DNA of 64,000 nt, taken from positions 1 through 64,000 of the forward strand of contig NEEC01000036.1 of the NCBI GenBank assembly GCA_002189035.1. Direction: 5' to 3'. Shown piece after piece: positions 7,323 to 19,300 of the stretch. Source of the DNA: Utricularia gibba. Its lineage: Eukaryota; Plantae; Magnoliophyta. Both the position numbers and the translations under genes were made by a program. How positions within the stretch are numbered: position 1 is the first letter of the stretch; each line of letters starts with the position of its first letter. The notes below the pieces were generated by a model. It made no database searches. It was not told the DNA's origin and saw only the letters and a list, made by a program, of their open reading frames with translations.

Positions 7323-10300
7323 TTTGTCCCGTTCTAGGTGCCCCCAAGACCGCCTCCTCAAGTATAAAGTAAGTTGTTGAAAAAATCATGTGGGGTGCAC
7401 GTGACATCTTACTTTAAACAAATGCATCATTATTTTCGTCGACTCGCACCCGGTTGGGCTCATGAGCCGGACCGAACGCAGCGCCGGACCAAGTGCCCAG
7501 TGAGAGTGGCCGACACAAAACGAGAAGTTGTTCCTTGAAAAACCTTGTAGGAAGCCCCTGAAAACCGAACGTTAATAAGTGCATCGCTTTAGTTGCCAGG
7601 CTACAACTAACTTTCGGCCCTAACCCAACCTGACCTTTGTCCCGTTCTAGGTGCCCCCAAGACCGCCTCCTCAAGTATAAAGTAAGTTGTTGAAAAAATC
7701 ATGTGGGGTGCACGTGACATCTTACTTTAAACAAATGCATCATTATTTTCGTCGACTCGCACCCGGTTGGGCTCATGAGCCGGACCGAACGCAGCGCCGG
7801 ACCAAGTGCCCAGTGAGAGTGGCCGACACAAAACGAGAAGTTGTTCCTTGAAAAACCTTGTAGGAAGCCCCTGAAAACCGAACGTTAATAAGTGCATCGC
7901 TTTAGTTGCCAGGCTACAACTAACTTTCGGCCCTAACCCAACCTGACCTTTGTCCCGTTCTAGGTGCCCCCAAGACCGCCTCCTCAAGTATAAAGTAAGT
8001 TGTTGAAAAAATCATGTGGGGTGCACGTGACATCTTACTTTAAACAAATGCATCATTATTTTCGTCGACTCGCACCCGGTTGGGCTCATGAGCCGGACCG
8101 AACGCAGCGCCGGACCAAGTGCCCAGTGAGAGTGGCCGACACAAAACGAGAAGTTGTTCCTTGAAAAACCTTGTAGGAAGCCCCTGAAAACCGAACGTTA
8201 ATAAGTGCATCGCTTTAGTTGCCAGGCTACAACTAACTTTCGGCCCTAACCCAACCTGACCTTTGTCCCGTTCTAGGTGCCCCCAAGACCGCCTCCTCAA
8301 GTATAAAGTAAGTTGTTGAAAAAATCATGTGGGGTGCACGTGACATCTTACTTTAAACAAATGCATCATTATTTTCGTCGACTCGCACCCGGTTGGGCTC
8401 ATGAGCCGGACCGAACGCAGCGCCGGACCAAGTGCCCAGTGAGAGTGGCCGACACAAAACGAGAAGTTGTTCCTTGAAAAACCTTGTAGGAAGCCCCTGA
8501 AAACCGAACGTTAATAAGTGCATCGCTTTAGTTGCCAGGCTACAACTAACTTTCGGCCCTAACCCAACCTGACCTTTGTCCCGTTCTAGGTGCCCCCAAG
8601 ACCGCCTCCTCAAGTATAAAGTAAGTTGTTGAAAAAATCATGTGGGGTGCACGTGACATCTTACTTTAAACAAATGCATCATTATTTTCGTCGACTCGCA
8701 CCCGGTTGGGCTCATGAGCCGGACCGAACGCAGCGCCGGACCAAGTGCCCAGTGAGAGTGGCCGACACAAAACGAGAAGTTGTTCCTTGAAAAACCTTGT
8801 AGGAAGCCCCTGAAAACCGAACGTTAATAAGTGCATCGCTTTAGTTGCCAGGCTACAACTAACTTTCGGCCCTAACCCAACCTGACCTTTGTCCCGTTCT
8901 AGGTGCCCCCAAGACCGCCTCCTCAAGTATAAAGTAAGTTGTTGAAAAAATCATGTGGGGTGCACGTGACATCTTACTTTAAACAAATGCATCATTATTT
9001 TCGTCGACTCGCACCCGGTTGGGCTCATGAGCCGGACCGAACGCAGCGCCGGACCAAGTGCCCAGTGAGAGTGGCCGACACAAAACGAGAAGTTGTTCCT
9101 TGAAAAACCTTGTAGGAAGCCCCTGAAAACCGAACGTTAATAAGTGCATCGCTTTAGTTGCCAGGCTACAACTAACTTTCGGCCCTAACCCAACCTGACC
9201 TTTGTCCCGTTCTAGGTGCCCCCAAGACCGCCTCCTCAAGTATAAAGTAAGTTGTTGAAAAAATCATGTGGGGTGCACGTGACATCTTACTTTAAACAAA
9301 TGCATCATTATTTTCGTCGACTCGCACCCGGTTGGGCTCATGAGCCGGACCGAACGCAGCGCCGGACCAAGTGCCCAGTGAGAGTGGCCGACACAAAACG
9401 AGAAGTTGTTCCTTGAAAAACCTTGTAGGAAGCCCCTGAAAACCGAACGTTAATAAGTGCATCGCTTTAGTTGCCAGGCTACAACTAACTTTCGGCCCTA
9501 ACCCAACCTGACCTTTGTCCCGTTCTAGGTGCCCCCAAGACCGCCTCCTCAAGTATAAAGTAAGTTGTTGAAAAAATCATGTGGGGTGCACGTGACATCT
9601 TACTTTAAACAAATGCATCATTATTTTCGTCGACTCGCACCCGGTTGGGCTCATGAGCCGGACCGAACGCAGCGCCGGACCAAGTGCCCAGTGAGAGTGG
9701 CCGACACAAAACGAGAAGTTGTTCCTTGAAAAACCTTGTAGGAAGCCCCTGAAAACCGAACGTTAATAAGTGCATCGCTTTAGTTGCCAGGCTACAACTA
9801 ACTTTCGGCCCTAACCCAACCTGACCTTTGTCCCGTTCTAGGTGCCCCCAAGACCGCCTCCTCAAGTATAAAGTAAGTTGTTGAAAAAATCATGTGGGGC
9901 ACGTGACATCTTACTTTAAACAAATGCATCATTATTTTCGTCGACTCGCACCCGGTTGGGCTCATGAGCCGGACCGAACGCAGCGCCGGACCAAGTGCCC
10001 AGTGAGAGTGGCCGACACAAAACGAGAAGTTGTTCCTTGAAAAACCTTGTAGGAAGCCCCTGAAAACCGAACGTTAATAAGTGCATCGCTTTAGTTGCCA
10101 GGCTACAACTAACTTTCGGCCCTAACCCAACCTGACCTTTGTCAGGTGCCCCAAGGCCTGTATCCACGTGAGCATCATTATTTTCGTCGACTCGCAATGA
10201 GCCGGACCGAACGCAGCGCCGGACCAAGTGCCCAGTGAGAGTGGCCGACACAAAACGAGAAGTTGTTCCTTGAAAAACCTTGTAGGAAGCCCCTGAAAAC

Positions 10301-13300
10301 CGAACGTTAATAAGTGCATCGCTTTAGTTGCCAGGCTACAACTAACTTTCGGCCCTAACCCAACCTGACCTTTGTCCCGTTCTAGGTGCCCCCCAAGACC
10401 GCCTCCTCAAGTATAAAGTAAGTTGTTGAAAAAATCATGTGGGGTGCACGTGACATCTTACTTTAAACAAATGCATCATTATTTTCGTCGACTCGCACCC
10501 GGTTGGGCTCATGAGCCGGACCGAACGCAGCGCCGGACCAAGTGCCCAGTGAGAGTGGCCGACACAAAACGAGAAGTTGTTCCTTGAAAAACCTTGTAGG
10601 AAGCCCCTGAAAACCGAACGTTAATAAGTGCAAAAAATCATGTGGGGTGCACGTGACATCTTACTTTAAACAAATGCATCATTATTTTCGTCGACTCGCA
10701 CATGAGTGACCTATCCCTGTTCGAACGAGAAGGTTGTATAAAGTAAGTTGTTGAAAAAATCCACGTGACATCTTACTTTAAACAAATGCATCATTATTTT
10801 CGTCGACTCGCACCCGGTTGGGCTCATGAGCCGGACCGAACGCAGCGCCGGACCAAGTGCCCAGAAGAGTTGTTCCTTGAAAAACCTTGTAGGAAGCCCC
10901 TGAAAACCGAACGTTAATAAGTGCATCGCTTTAGTTGCCAGGCTACAACTAACTTTCGGCCTAACCCAACCTGACCTTTGTCCCGACTTCTAGAGTGCCC
11001 CCGACACAAAACGACCGCCTCCTCAAGTATAAATCGCTTTAGTTGCCAGGCTACAACTAACTTTCGGCCCTAACCCAACCTGAAGGTGCCCCCCAAGAAT
11101 CATGTGGGGTGCACGTGACATCTTACTTTAAACAAATGCATCATTATTTTCGTCGACTCGCACCCGGTTGGGCTCATGAGCCGGACCGAACGCAGCGCCG
11201 GACCAAGTGCCCAGTGAGAGTGGCCGACACAAAACGAGAAGTTGTTCCTTGAAAAACCTTGTAGGAAGCCCCTGAAAACCGAACGTTAATAAGTGCATCG
11301 CTTTAGTTGCCAGGCTACAACTAACTTTCGGCCCTAACCCAACCTGACCTTTGTCCCGTTCTAGGTGCCCCCAAGACCGCCTCCTCAAGTATAAAGTAAG
11401 TTGTTGAAAAAATCATGTGGGGTGCACGTGACATCTTACTTTAAACAAATGCATCATTATTTTCGTCGACTCGCACCCGGTTGGGCTCATGAGCCGGACC
11501 GAACGCAGCGCCGGACCAAGTGCCCAGTGAGAGTGGCCGACACAAAACGAGAAGTGTTCCTTGAAAAACCTTGTAGGAAGCCCCTGAAAACCGAACGTTA
11601 ATAAGTGCATCGCTTTAGTTGTGGCCCTACGAACCCCCATCTTACATGTGGGGTGCACGTGACATCTTACTTTAAACAAATGCATCATTATTTTCGTCGA
11701 CTCGCACCCGGTTGGGCTCATGAGCCGGACCGAACGCAGCGCCGGACCAAGTGCCCAGTGAGAGTGGCCGACACAAAACGAGAAGTTGTTCCTTGAAAAA
11801 CCTTGTAGGAAGCCCCTGAAAACCGAACGTTAATAAGTGCATCGCTTTAGTTGCCAGGCTACAACTAACTTTCGGCCCTAACCCAACCTGACCTTTGTCC
11901 CGTTCTAGGTGCCCCCAAGACCGCCTCCTCAAGTATAAAGTAAGTTGTTGAAAAAATCATGTGGGGTGCACGTGACATCTTACTTTAAACAAATGCATCA
12001 TTATTTTCGTCGACTCGCACCCGGTTGGGCTCATGAGCCGGACCGAACGCAGCGCCGGACCAAGTGCCCAGTGAGAGTGGCCGACACAAAACGAGAAGTT
12101 GTTCCTTGAAAAACCTTGTAGGAAGCCCCTGAAAACCGAACGTTAATAAGTGCATCGCTTTAGTTGCCAGGCTACAACTAACTTTCGGCCCTAACCCAAC
12201 CTGACCTTTGTCCCGTTCTAGGTGCCCCCCAAGACCGCCTCCTCAAGTATAAAGTAAGTTGTTGAAAAAATCATGTGGGGTGCACGTGACATCTTACTTT
12301 AAACAAATGCATCATTATTTTCGTCGACTCGCACCCGGTTGGGCTCATGAGCCGGACCGAACGCAGCGCCGGACCAAGTGCCCAGTGAGAGTGGCCGACA
12401 CAAAACGAGAAGTTGTTCCTTGAAAAACCTTGTAGGAAGCCCCTGAAAACCGAACGTTAATAAGTGCATCGCTTTAGTTGCCAGGCTACAACTAACTTTC
12501 GGCCCTAACCCAACCTGACCTTTGTCCCGTTCTAGGTGCCCCCAAGACCGCCTCCTCAAGTATAAAGTAAGTTGTTGAAAAAATCATGTGGGTGCACGTG
12601 ACATCTTACTTTAAACAAATGCATCATTATTTTCGTCGACTCGCACCCGGTTGGGCTCATGAGCCGGACCGAACGCAGCGCCGGACCAAGTGCCCAGTGA
12701 GAGTGGCCGACACAAAACGAGAAGTTGTTCCTTGAAAAACCTTGTAGGAAGCCCCTGAAAACCGAACGTTAATAAGTGCATCGCTTTAGTTGCCAGGCTA
12801 CAACTAACTTTCGGCCCTAACCCAACCTGACCTTTGTCCCGTTCTAGGTGCCCTCCTCAAGTATAAAGTAAGTTGTTGAAAAAATCATGTGGGGTGCATG
12901 ACATCCTTTAAACAAATGCATCATTATTTTCGTCGACTCGCACCCGGTTGGGCTCATGAGCCGGACCGAACGCAGCGCCGGACCAAGTGCCCAGTGAGAG
13001 TGGCCGACACAAAACGAGAAGTTGTTCCTTGAAAAACCTTGTAGGAAGCCCCTGAAAACCGAACGTTAATAAGTGCATCGCTTTAGTTGCCAGGCTACAA
13101 CTAACTTTCGGCCCTAACCCAACCTGACCTTTGTCCCGTTCTAGGTGCCCCCCAAGACCCTCCTCAAGTATAAAGTAAGTTGTTGAAAAAATCCACGTGA
13201 CATCTTACTTTAAACAAATGCATCATTATTTTCGTCGACTCGCACCCGGTTGGGCTCATGAGCCGGACCGAACGCAGCGCCGGACCAAGTGCCCAGTGAG

Positions 13301-16300
13301 AGTGGCCGACACAAAACGAGAAGTTGTTCCTTGAAAAACCTTGTAGGAAGCCCCTGAAAACCGAACGTTAATAAGTGCATCGCTTTAGTTGCCAGGCTAC
13401 AACTAACTTTCGGCCCTAACCCAACCTGACCTTTGTCCCGTTCTAGGTGCCCCCCAAGACCGCCTCCTCAAGTATAAAGTAAGTTGTTGAAAAAATCATG
13501 TGGGGTGCACGTGACATCTTACTTTAAACAAATGCATCATTATTTTCGTCGACTCGCACCCGGTTGGGCTCATGAGCCGGACCGAACGCAGCGCCGACCA
13601 AGTGCCCAGTGAGAAGTAAAAACCTTGTTGAAAACCGAACGTTAATAAGTGCATCGCTTTAGTTGCCAGGCTACAACTAACTTTCGGCCCTAACCCAACC
13701 TGACCTTTGTCCCGTTCTAGGTGCCCCCAAGACCGCCTCCTCAAGTATAAAGTAAGTTGTTGAAAAAATCATGTGGGGTGCACGTGACATCTTACTTTAA
13801 ACAAATGCATCATTATTTTCGTCGACTCGCACCCGGTTGGGCTCATGAGCCGGACCGAACGCAGCGCCGGACCAAGTGCCCAGTGAGAGTGGCCGACACA
13901 AAACGAGAAGTTGTTCCTTGAAAAACCTTGTAGGAAGCCCCTGAAAACCGAACGTTAATAAGTGCATCGCTTTAGTTGCCAGGCTACAACTAACTTTCGG
14001 CCCTAACCCAACCTGACCTTTGTCCCGTTCTAGGTGCCCCCAAGACCGCCTCCTCAAGTATAAAGTAAGTTGTTGAAAAAATCATGTGGGGTGCACGTGA
14101 CATCTTACTTTAAACAAATGCATCATTATTTTCGTCGACTCGCACCCGGTTGGGCTCATGAGCCGGACCGAACGCAGCGCCGGACCAAGTGCCCAGTGAG
14201 AGTGGCCGACACAAAACGAGAAGTTGTTCCTTGAAAAACCTTGTAGGAAGCCCCTGAAAACCGAACGTTAATAAGTGCATCGCTTTAGTTGCCAGGCTAC
14301 AACTAACTTTCGGCCCTAACCCAACCTGACCTTTGTCCCGTTCTAGGTGCCCCCAAGACCGCCTCCTCAAGTATAAAGTAAGTTGTTGAAAAAATCATGT
14401 GGGGTGCACGTGACATCTTACTTTAAACAAATGCATCATTATTTTCGTCGACTCGCACCCGGTTGGGCTCATGAGCCGGACCGAACGCAGCGCCGGACCA
14501 AGTGCCCAGTGAGAGTGGCCGACACAAAACGAGAAGTTGTTCCTTGAAAAACCTTGTAGGAAGCCCCTGAAAACCGAACGTTAATAAGTGCATCGCTTTA
14601 GTTGCCAGGCTACAACTAACTTTCGGCCCTAACCCAACCTGACCTTTGTCCCGTTCTAGGTGCCCCCAAGACCGCCTCCTCAAGTATAAAGTAAGTTGTT
14701 GAAAAAATCATGTGGGGTGCACGTGACATCTTACTTTAAACAAATGCATCATTATTTTCGTCGACTCGCACCCGGTTGGGCTCATGAGCCGGACCGAACG
14801 CAGCGCCGGACCAAGTGCCCAGTGAGAGTGGCCGACACAAAACGAGAAGTTGTTCCTTGAAAAACCTTGTAGGAAGCCCTGAAAACCGAACGTTAATAAG
14901 TGCATCGCTTTAGTTGCCAGGCTACAACTAACTTTCGGCCCTAACCCAACCTGACCTTTGTCCCGTTCTAGGTGCCCCCAAGACCGCCTCCTCAAGTATA
15001 AAGTAAGTTGTTGAAAAAATCATGTGGGGTGCACGTGACATCTTACTTTAAACAAATGCATCATTATTTTCGTCGACTCGCACCCGGTTGGGCTCATGAG
15101 CCGGACCGAACGCAGCGCCGGACCAAGTGCCCAGTGAGAGTGGCCGACACAAAACGAGAAGTTGTTCCTTGAAAAACCTTGTAGGAAGCCCCTGAAAACC
15201 GAACGTTAATAAGTGCATCGCTTTAGTTGCCAGGCTACAACTAACTTTCGGCCCTAACCCAACCTGACCTTTGTCCCGTTCTAGGTGCCCCCCAAGACCG
15301 CCTCCTCAAGTATAAAGTAAGTTGTTGAAAAAATCATGTGGGGTGCACGTGACATCTTACTTTAAACAAATGCATCATTATTTTCGTCGACTCGCACCCG
15401 GTTGGGCTCATGAGCCGGACCGAACGCAGCGCCGGACCAAGTGCCCAGTGAGAGTGGCCGACACAAAACGAGAAGTTGTTCCTTGAAAAACCTTGTAGGA
15501 AGCCCCTGAAAACCGAACGTTAATAAGTGCATCGCTTTAGTTGCCAGGCTACAACTAACTTTCGGCCCTAACCCAACCTGACCTTTGTCCCGTTCTAGGT
15601 GCCCCCAAGACCGCCTCCTCAAGTATAAAGTAAGTTGTTGAAAAAATCATGTGGGGTGCACGTGACATCTTACTTTAAACAAATGCATCATTATTTTCGT
15701 CGACTCGCACCCGGTTGGGCTCATGAGCCGGACCGAACGCAGCGCCGGACCAAGTGCCCAGTGAGAGTGGCCGACACAAAACGAGAAGTTGTTCCTTGAA
15801 AAACCTTGTAGGAAGCCCCTGAAAACCGAACGTTAATAAGTGCATCGCTTTAGTTGCCAGGCTACAACTAACTTTCGGCCCTAACCCAACCTGACCTTTG
15901 TCCCGTTCTAGGTGCCCCCCAAGACCGCCTCCTCAAGTATAAAGTAAGTTGTTGAAAAAATCATGTGGGGTGCACGTGACATCTTACTTTAAACAAATGC
16001 ATCATTATTTTCGTCGACTCGCACCCGGTTGGGCTCATGAGCCGGACCGAACGCAGCGCCGGACCAAGTGCCCAGTGAGAGTGGCCGACACAAAACGAGA
16101 AGTTGTTCCTTGAAAAACCTTGTAGGAAGCCCCTGAAAACCGAACGTTAATAAGTGCATCGCTTTAGTTGCCAGGCTACAACTAACTTTCGGCCCTAACC
16201 CAACCTGACCTTTGTCCCGTTCTAGGTGCCCCCAAGACCGCCTCCTCAAGTATAAAGTAAGTTGTTGAAAAAATCATGTGGGGTGCACGTGACATCTTAC

Positions 16301-19300
16301 TTTAAACAAATGCATCATTATTTTCGTCGACTCGCACCCGGTTGGGCTCATGAGCCGGACCGAACGCAGCGCCGGACCAAGTGCCCAGTGAGAGTGGCCG
16401 ACACAAAACGAGAAGTTGTTCCTTGAAAAACCTTGTAGGAAGCCCCTGAAAACCGAACGTTAATAAGTGCATCGCTTTAGTTGCCAGGCTACAACTAACT
16501 TTCGGCCCTAACCCAACCTGACCTTTGTCCCGTTCTAGGTGCCCCCAAGACCGCCTCCTCAAGTATAAAGTAAGTTGTTGAAAAAATCATGTGGGGTGCA
16601 CGTGACATCTTACTTTAAACAAATGCATCATTATTTTCGTCGACTCGCACCCGGTTGGGCTCATGAGCCGGACCGAACGCAGCGCCGGACCAAGTGCCCA
16701 GTGAGAGTGGCCGACACAAAACGAGAAGTTGTTCCTTGAAAAACCTTGTAGGAAGCCCCTGAAAACCGAACGTTAATAAGTGCATCGCTTTAGTTGCCAG
16801 GCTACAACTAACTTTCGGCCCTAACCCAACCTGACCTTTGTCCCGTTCTAGGTGCCCCCCAAGACCGCCTCCTCAAGTATAAAGTAAGTTGTTGAAAAAA
16901 TCATGTGGGGTGCACGTGACATCTTACTTTAAACAAATGCATCATTATTTTCGTCGACTCGCACCCGGTTGGGCTCATGAGCCGGACCGAACGCAGCGCC
17001 GGACCAAGTGCCCAGTGAGAGTGGCCGACACAAAACGAGAAGTTGTTCCTTGAAAAACCTTGTAGGAAGCCCCTGAAAACCGAACGTTAATAAGTGCATC
17101 GCTTTAGTTGCCAGGCTACAACTAACTTTCGGCCCTAACCCAACCTGACCTTTGTCCCGTTCTAGGTGCCCCCCAAGACCGCCTCCTCAAGTATAAAGTA
17201 AGTTGTTGAAAAAATCATGTGGGGTGCACGTGACATCTTACTTTAAACAAATGCATCATTATTTTCGTCGACTCGCACCCGGTTGGGCTCATGAGCCGGA
17301 CCGAACGCAGCGCCGGACCAGAAAAAGTATCATGTGGGGTGCACGTGACATCTTACTTTAAACAAATGCATCATTATTTTCGTCGACTCGCACCCGGTTG
17401 GGCTCATGAGCCGGACCGAACGCAGCGCCGGACCAAGTGCCCAGTGAGAGTGGCCGACACAAAACGAGAAGTTGTTCCTTGAAAAACCTTGTAGGAAGCC
17501 CCTGAAAACCGAACGTTAATAAGTGCATCGCTTTAGTTGCCAGGCTACAACTAACTTTCGGCCCTAACCCAACCTGACCTTTGTCCCGTTCTAGGTGCCC
17601 CCAAGACCGCCTCCTCAAGTATAAAGTAAGTTGTTGAAAAAATCATGTGGGGTGCACGTGACATCTTACTTTAAACAAATGCATCATTATTTTCGTCGAC
17701 TCGCACCCGGTTGGGCTCATGAGCCGGACCGAACGCAGCGCCGGTGCCCAGTGAGAGTGGCCGACACAAAACGAGAAGTTGTTCCTTGGTAGGAAGCCCC
17801 TGAGGACTTTAATTCTAGGTTGCCAAGGCCCTAACCCAACCTGACCTTTGTCCTTCTAAAGACCGCCTCCTCAAGTATAAAGTAAGTTGTTGAAAAAATC
17901 ATGTGGGGTGCACGTGACATCTTACTTTAAACAAATGCATCATTATTTTCGTCGACTCGCACCCGGTTGGGCTCATGAGCCGGACCGAACGCAGCGCCGG
18001 ACCAAGTGCCCACCGTTGCCCAGTGAGAGTGTGCCGAGTTGCCAGGCTAAACTAACGAACCTGACCTTTGTCCCGTTCTAGGTTCCTCAAGTATCATGTG
18101 GGGTGCACGTGACATCTTACTTTAAACAAATGCATCATTATTTTCGTCGACTCGCACCCGGTTGGGCTCATGAGCCGGACCGAACGCAGCGCCGGACCAA
18201 GTGCCCAGTGAGAGTGGCCGACACAAAACGAGAAGTTGTTCCTTGAAAAACCTTGTAGGAAGCCCCTGAAAACCGAACGTTAATAAGTGCATCGCTTTAG
18301 TTGCCAGGCTACAACTAACTTTCGGCCCTAACCCAACCTGACCTTTGTCCCGTTCTAGGTGCCCCCAAGACCGCCTCCTCAAGTATAAAGTAAGTTGTTG
18401 AAAAATGACATGCATCAGTCGACTCGCAATGAGTAAGTTTGTTCCTTGAAAAAATGAAATGTGCATCGGTTGTGGCAACGACACATCCTCAAGTATAAAG
18501 TAAGTTGTTGAAAAAATCATGTGGGGTGCACGTGACATCTTACTTTAAACAAATGCATCATTATTTTCGTCGACTCGCACCCGGTTGGGCTCATGAGCCG
18601 GACCGAACGCAGCGCCGGACCAAGTGCCCAGTGAGAGTGGCCGACACAAAACGAGAAGTTGTTCCTTGAAAAACCTTGTAGGAAGCCCCTGAAAACCGAA
18701 CGTTAATAAGTGCATCGCTTTAGTTGCCAGGCTACAACTAACTTTCGGCCCTAACCCAACCTGACCTTTGTCCCGGTTCCTCAGTAAGTTGCCCCCTTAA
18801 AGACCGCCTCCTCAAGTATAAAGTAAGTTGTTGAAAAAATCATGTGGGGTGCACGTGACATCTTACTTTAAACAAATGCATCATTATTTTCGTCGACTCG
18901 CACCCGGTTGGGCTCATGAGCCGGACCGAACGCAGCGCCGGACCAAGTGCCCAGTGAGAGTGGCCGACACAAAACGAGAAGTTGTTCCTTGCATCATTAT
19001 TTTCGTCGACTCGCACCTTGTCATGGCCTGAAAACCGAACGTTAATAAGTGCATCGCTTTAGTTGCCAGGCTACAACTAACTTTCGGCCCTAACCCAACC
19101 TGACCTTTGTCCCGTTCTAGGTGCCCCCAAGACCGCCTCCTCAAGTATAAAGTAAGTTGTTGAAAAAATCATGTGGGGTGCACGTGACATCTTACTTTAA
19201 ACAAATGCATCATTATTTTCGTCGACTCGCACCCTCATGAGTTGAGAGTGGCCGACACAAAACGAGAAGTTGTTCCTTGAAAAACCTTGTAGGAAGCCCC

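Larger units (their letters stand above)
7047..7359 (+). repeat. Reference monomer (313 bp, C5 form): AAGTATAAAGTAAGTTGTTGAAAAAATCATGTGGGGTGCACGTGAC...CTAGGTGCCCCCAAGACCGCCTCCTC
   Basis: AAGTATAAAG starts at 7047 and again at 7360, a distance of 313. I counted 155 G+C (49.5%) and about 18 CpG. Single ApaLI, PmlI, DraI, NsiI, SalI, BspHI and AclI sites occur per unit. Confidence 0.98.
7212..7370 (+). repeat. Subunit B (~159 bp) of the cryptic dimer within the monomer
   Basis: It begins AAGTTGTTCCTTGAAAAA. Positions 7230..7272 align ungapped to 7073..7115 with 26/43 identities. Confidence 0.8.

Noticed and set aside
7292-7340. Spliced-leader (mini-exon) gene array: AACTAAC is the start of the kinetoplastid SL
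   Set aside because: The similarity stops after 7 nt, the spacing to GT is 46 rather than 39 nt, and there is no Sm-binding site.
7347-7359. 5S rDNA repeat (AGACCGCCT matches part of metazoan 5S) or HDV-like ribozyme loop (GCCTCCTC)
   Set aside because: These are only 8-9-nt matches. There is no 120-nt 5S body, A/C boxes or T-run terminator, and no P3 closure or P1/P2 pairing for an HDV fold.
7047-7359. Viroid-like rod fold of the whole unit (GGTTGGG/CCCAACC pairs roughly in register with the 16-bp stem)
   Set aside because: The intervening segments do not pair by eye. Only local hairpins are supported.
7101-7361. Repeated - strand 86-aa ORF (MRRRSWGHLERDK...DAFV) and its 56-aa ATG-initiated part (MHLLTFGF...)
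   Set aside because: It is a by-product of the repeat. The long form starts at TTG and is switched on or off by the C5/C6 run. It has no recognisable domain, the unit length is not a multiple of 3, and no frame stays open across units.
7353-7367. - strand TATACT followed by AGGAGG and a TTG (bacterial -10 and Shine-Dalgarno look-alike)
   Set aside because: There is no usable -35 (ATGATT at 17 bp), the SD lies too close to the -10, and the downstream ORF is only 17 codons (4 codons in C6 units). Chance match.
7058-7370. Assignment to a named satellite family such as CentC or CentO
   Set aside because: Only the subunit size and short words (AAAATCATGT..GGGGTG) are reminiscent, and I cannot align them colinearly from memory. 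This needs a BLAST/Dfam search.
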